64,000 bases of DNA from an uncultured Spirochaetaceae bacterium (lineage in GTDB: Bacteria > Spirochaetota > Spirochaetia > DSM-27196 > SLST01), in NCBI GenBank assembly GCA_964458555.1, contig CAYWJH010000005.1, positions 748 to 64,747 on the forward strand, read 5' to 3'. Shown piece by piece: positions 61,227 to 64,000 of the stretch. The position numbers and the translations under genes are program-made. The stretch's first letter is position 1. Every line of letters starts with the position of its first letter. The notes beneath the pieces are model-generated. The model was not told where the DNA came from, ran no database searches, and saw nothing but the letters and a program-made list of their open reading frames with translations.

Positions 61227-62072
61227 ATGATCGACCTGCACGCGCATTCGACCGCCTCGGACGGGACGCTCACCCCCACAGAGCTCATCACGCTCGCCGC
61301 GAGCGAAGGGCTTTCCGCGGTCGCGCTGACCGACCACGACACCGTCGCCGGGCTCGACGAGGCAGCCGCAGCCGCGCACGAGGCCGGTATCGGTTTCGTA
61401 CCGGGCATCGAGCTCGAGGTCGAATGGGAGACGGGGGTGTTCCACATGCTCGGTCTCGGACTCGAGCGGTGGGACGGCGATGCGCGCGAGCGGCTCGAGC
61501 TCGCGCTTACCTTCCGCAAAGAGCGTAACCTCGCGATGATCGACGAGCTCCGGCGGGCGGGGATTCCCATCGCCTACGACGAGCTCGTCCAGATCGCCGG
61601 GCACGATACGGTAGGAAGACCCCACTTCGCGCAGTGGCTGCTCAGCCACGACGTCGTCTCCTCGATGCAGGAGGCCTTCGATACGCTCATCGGCGACGGA
61701 CAGCCGTGCTACGTGGCGAAGAGGGGGCTGAGCGTCGGCAAGACCTGCGACGCGGTTCACGCCGCGGGCGGGCTCGCGGTCGTAGCTCATCCCCAGACCC
61801 TGCGGATGCGGTGGGACGACCTCGCGCGGTGGCTCAAACGATGGAAGGGCGAAGGCCTCGACGGTGTCGAGGCGTACCACGCGAACCTGACGTGCAACGA
61901 CGGGCACCGTCTCGCGGCGCTCGCCGACGACATCGGTCTCATCACGACCGCGGGCAGCGACTTCCACGGCCCGCCGAGAACCGACCGACGCCTCGGGCGC
62001 AGCTGCGACGGAATACCGATCGACGACCGCCTGCTCGAGCCCATAGGGAGATACGCGCGTGCAGGCGGTTGA
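61227..62072 (+). CDS. PHP-domain phosphoesterase (TrpH/YciV-like)
   Basis: MIDLHAHSTASDGTLTP..., ALTDHDT and AHP motifs. TGCAAA-N17-TATACT ends 8 nt before the ATG and no SD is present, so the mRNA may be leaderless. Confidence 0.85.
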   Translation: MIDLHAHSTASDGTLTPTELITLAASEGLSAVALTDHDTVAGLDEAAAAAHEAGIGFVPGIELEVEWETGVFHMLGLGLERWDGDARERLELALTFRKERNLAMIDELRRAGIPIAYDELVQIAGHDTVGRPHFAQWLLSHDVVSSMQEAFDTLIGDGQPCYVAKRGLSVGKTCDAVHAAGGLAVVAHPQTLRMRWDDLARWLKRWKGEGLDGVEAYHANLTCNDGHRLAALADDIGLITTAGSDFHGPPRTDRRLGRSCDGIPIDDRLLEPIGRYARAGG

Positions 62073-62841
62073 GCGGATCGGCGCGCGAACGATCGCGCAC
62101 GCGCGGCGCATCGCGTACGGCCTTGGCTTCATGGTCGAGGTCCTCCGGCAGACAGGCCGATTCGTGGCCGGGCGGAAGACCGGCACGCGCGTGCTCACGA
62201 TGCAGATCCTCTTCACCGGCGTGGAGGCGCTGAGCGTGGTCGCGACGATCAGCGTGAGCATAGGCGCGGTCATCGTCATTCAGGGGCTGAGCCTCCTGCC
62301 GCAGTTCGGCCAGGGCCAGCTCATCTACGACATCCTCATCATCGTGATCACGCGCGAGCTGGGCCCCATCCTCACCGCGCTCATCGTCACCGCGCGGTCG
62401 GGCACCGCGATCTCGACCGAGCTCGGCAACATGGTCATCAACCACGAGGTGGAGGCGTACACGGTCACCGGAATCAACCCCATCCAGCACATCGTCGTGC
62501 CACGATTCATCGGCGTAACGCTGAGCACCTTCCTGCTCAACCTCTATTTCAACGTCTTCGGGCTCGCCGGCTCCTTCGTCGTCACCCAGCTCGTAAACCC
62601 CATCGCGCTCAGCGAATACTCGCAGGGGCTGCTCGCCGCGCTCAGCCTCACCGACGTCGCCGCGAGCGTCGTCAAGAGCCTCGTCTTCGGCGCGATCACC
62701 GCGCTCGTGGCGACCTTCCACGGATTGCACGTGGAGCGCGCCTCCACCGAGATACCGATCGCCGCGATCCGCTCGGTCGGACGCGGCATCACTCTGCTCA
62801 TCGTCGCGAACGCCGTCATCACCCTCGGGTACTATCTGTGA
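62059..62841 (+). CDS. mlaE: MlaE-family ABC transporter permease
   Basis: 260 aa polytopic protein. ELGPILTALIVTARSGTAISTELGNM is the MlaE/Ttg2B signature. GTG start overlapping the PHP gene by 14 nt. Confidence 0.85.
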   Translation: MQAVERIGARTIAHARRIAYGLGFMVEVLRQTGRFVAGRKTGTRVLTMQILFTGVEALSVVATISVSIGAVIVIQGLSLLPQFGQGQLIYDILIIVITRELGPILTALIVTARSGTAISTELGNMVINHEVEAYTVTGINPIQHIVVPRFIGVTLSTFLLNLYFNVFGLAGSFVVTQLVNPIALSEYSQGLLAALSLTDVAASVVKSLVFGAITALVATFHGLHVERASTEIPIAAIRSVGRGITLLIVANAVITLGYYL

Positions 62842-62847
62842 GAAACC

Positions 62848-63723
62848 ATGCCGGATGAATCGAACCTGAACGACGACCTGCTCTCCGCGCTCGAGTCGCC
62901 GCCCGCCGATCCCCGGTCGCTCCCGCCGGCGTGCGCTCTCGCAGACATCACCGTCTCCTTCGAAGAGGAACAGGTGCTCGACGCGTTGTCGGTCGCCTTC
63001 CCCGCGCAGGCGTGCACGGTAATCATGGGCCCCTCGGGATCCGGCAAGAGTACGCTGCTGAAGGCCGCAGCCGGGCTCGCCGTACCCGACCGCGGCTCGG
63101 TCGAGATCCTCGGTGTCGACCCTGCGCACGCCTCCGACCGCGAGCTCGAGGCGCTTCGCAGCCGCAACGGGTTCGTGTTCCAGGACGGCGCGCTGTGGCA
63201 GAACATGACGCTCTACCAGAATCTTGCGCTGCCTTTGGAGTACCACTACCCGGATCTCGGCGCCGACGCGGTTCGCGAGCGCGTGGTGCGACTCGCCCGC
63301 GAGTTGCGCGCGACGACCAGGCTCCACCTGCGGCCCGCGCAGGTGTCCACCGGGGAACGGAAGGTAGTCTCGTTCGCGCGGGCGGTCGTCACCAACCCCG
63401 AGCTGCTGTTCATGGATGAACCCACGACCAGCGTCGACACCGAACGCGTCGACCTGCTCATCCGCAAGCTGCGCGAGCTCAAGGACCGACGCGTGACGAT
63501 CGTGTCGGTGACGCACAACGCGCGGATCGCGAGCCAGATCGCCGACTACGTCGTCGTGATGAAGGAGGGGCGAATCCTGCGGTTCGGGACGTTGAAGGAT
63601 GTCTCGCGCTCCGGCGACCCGGAGGTCGAGCGCATTCTCACCGACGTCCTCAGCGAAACGGCGACCTACGACGGCGACATCCTCGCCCTGCTCGACCCCG
63701 ACACCAATGCCTTCCTCGAGTAG
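62848..63723 (+). CDS. mlaF: ABC transporter ATP-binding protein (MlaF-like)
   Basis: Walker A GPSGSGKST, signature-like VSTGERKVVSFARA, Walker B LLFMDEPT. N-terminal ~35-aa extension. Confidence 0.88.
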   Translation: MPDESNLNDDLLSALESPPADPRSLPPACALADITVSFEEEQVLDALSVAFPAQACTVIMGPSGSGKSTLLKAAAGLAVPDRGSVEILGVDPAHASDRELEALRSRNGFVFQDGALWQNMTLYQNLALPLEYHYPDLGADAVRERVVRLARELRATTRLHLRPAQVSTGERKVVSFARAVVTNPELLFMDEPTTSVDTERVDLLIRKLRELKDRRVTIVSVTHNARIASQIADYVVVMKEGRILRFGTLKDVSRSGDPEVERILTDVLSETATYDGDILALLDPDTNAFLE

Positions 63724-63768
63724 AATGAAATTGACGTCTGGACGCAGAGGGGCTAGACTTCAACGAGC

Positions 63769-64000
63769 ATGAAGCTGCGCTATCGGTTCGCACATCAGGT
63801 TGTCGGTGTCTTCGTCATACTCGCCTTAGCGCTGACGGTAACGCTGATCATCCTCATGGGCGCGAACCAACGCTGGTTCCGAAAGAACTACGAGTACTAC
63901 GCCCGGTTCGACAGCGCGAAAGACGTCTCGGTGGGTATGGCGATTACCTTCCGCGGGTTCACGATCGGACGCGTCAAGGACATCACGCTCACCGAGGAAA
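63769..64000 (+). CDS. mlaD: MlaD/MCE-domain protein, N-terminal part (3' end outside the window)
   Basis: TM anchor VGVFVILALALTVTLIIL followed by an MCE-type start (VGMAITFRGFTIGRVKDI). The frame is open to the window edge. Confidence 0.75.
   Translation, partial: MKLRYRFAHQVVGVFVILALALTVTLIILMGANQRWFRKNYEYYARFDSAKDVSVGMAITFRGFTIGRVKDITLTEE

Overview
High-GC (roughly 65%) bacterial chromosomal segment that is densely coding: about 55 protein genes and 5 tRNAs. I saw no rRNA, CRISPR array, transposase, integrase or prophage signal. All family names come from reading motifs in the supplied translations; no database search was run. Gene content and order (flgF/flhO-flgG-flgJ-like-sigma factor, SpoVG, a GxQxxGVFN-repeat surface protein, relaxed lipoboxes) suggest a high-GC member of Spirochaetota, but this is inference. 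Most genes are housekeeping: Mrp, SppA, H+-pyrophosphatase, PtrB, LepA, FtsH-TilS-Pth-L25-SpoVG, RsfS-NadD-Obg-L27-Prp-L21, GltBD, ArgS, CimA, CarAB, Apt, TsaD, flagellar rod genes and MlaEFD. Canonical sigma70 promoters (TTGACA-N16/17-TATAAT-like) are readable upstream of the tRNA operons and spoVG. The observations most worth follow-up are: (1) an exact sigma54 -24/-12 promoter in front of an alternative sigma gene that follows the flagellar rod genes, a Borrelia-like RpoN->RpoS wiring; (2) a second RpoS-like sigma gene in nlpD-rpoS-type synteny; (3) an Ile-rich 24-codon leader peptide with antiterminator and terminator upstream of citramalate synthase; (4) a tightly coupled ECF sigma / anti-sigma / outer-membrane-anchored caspase-like protease operon; (5) a 63-aa protein that is 62% Asp/Glu and carries SSB-tail-like motifs. 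The many long ORFs antisense to real genes are treated as high-GC shadow ORFs.
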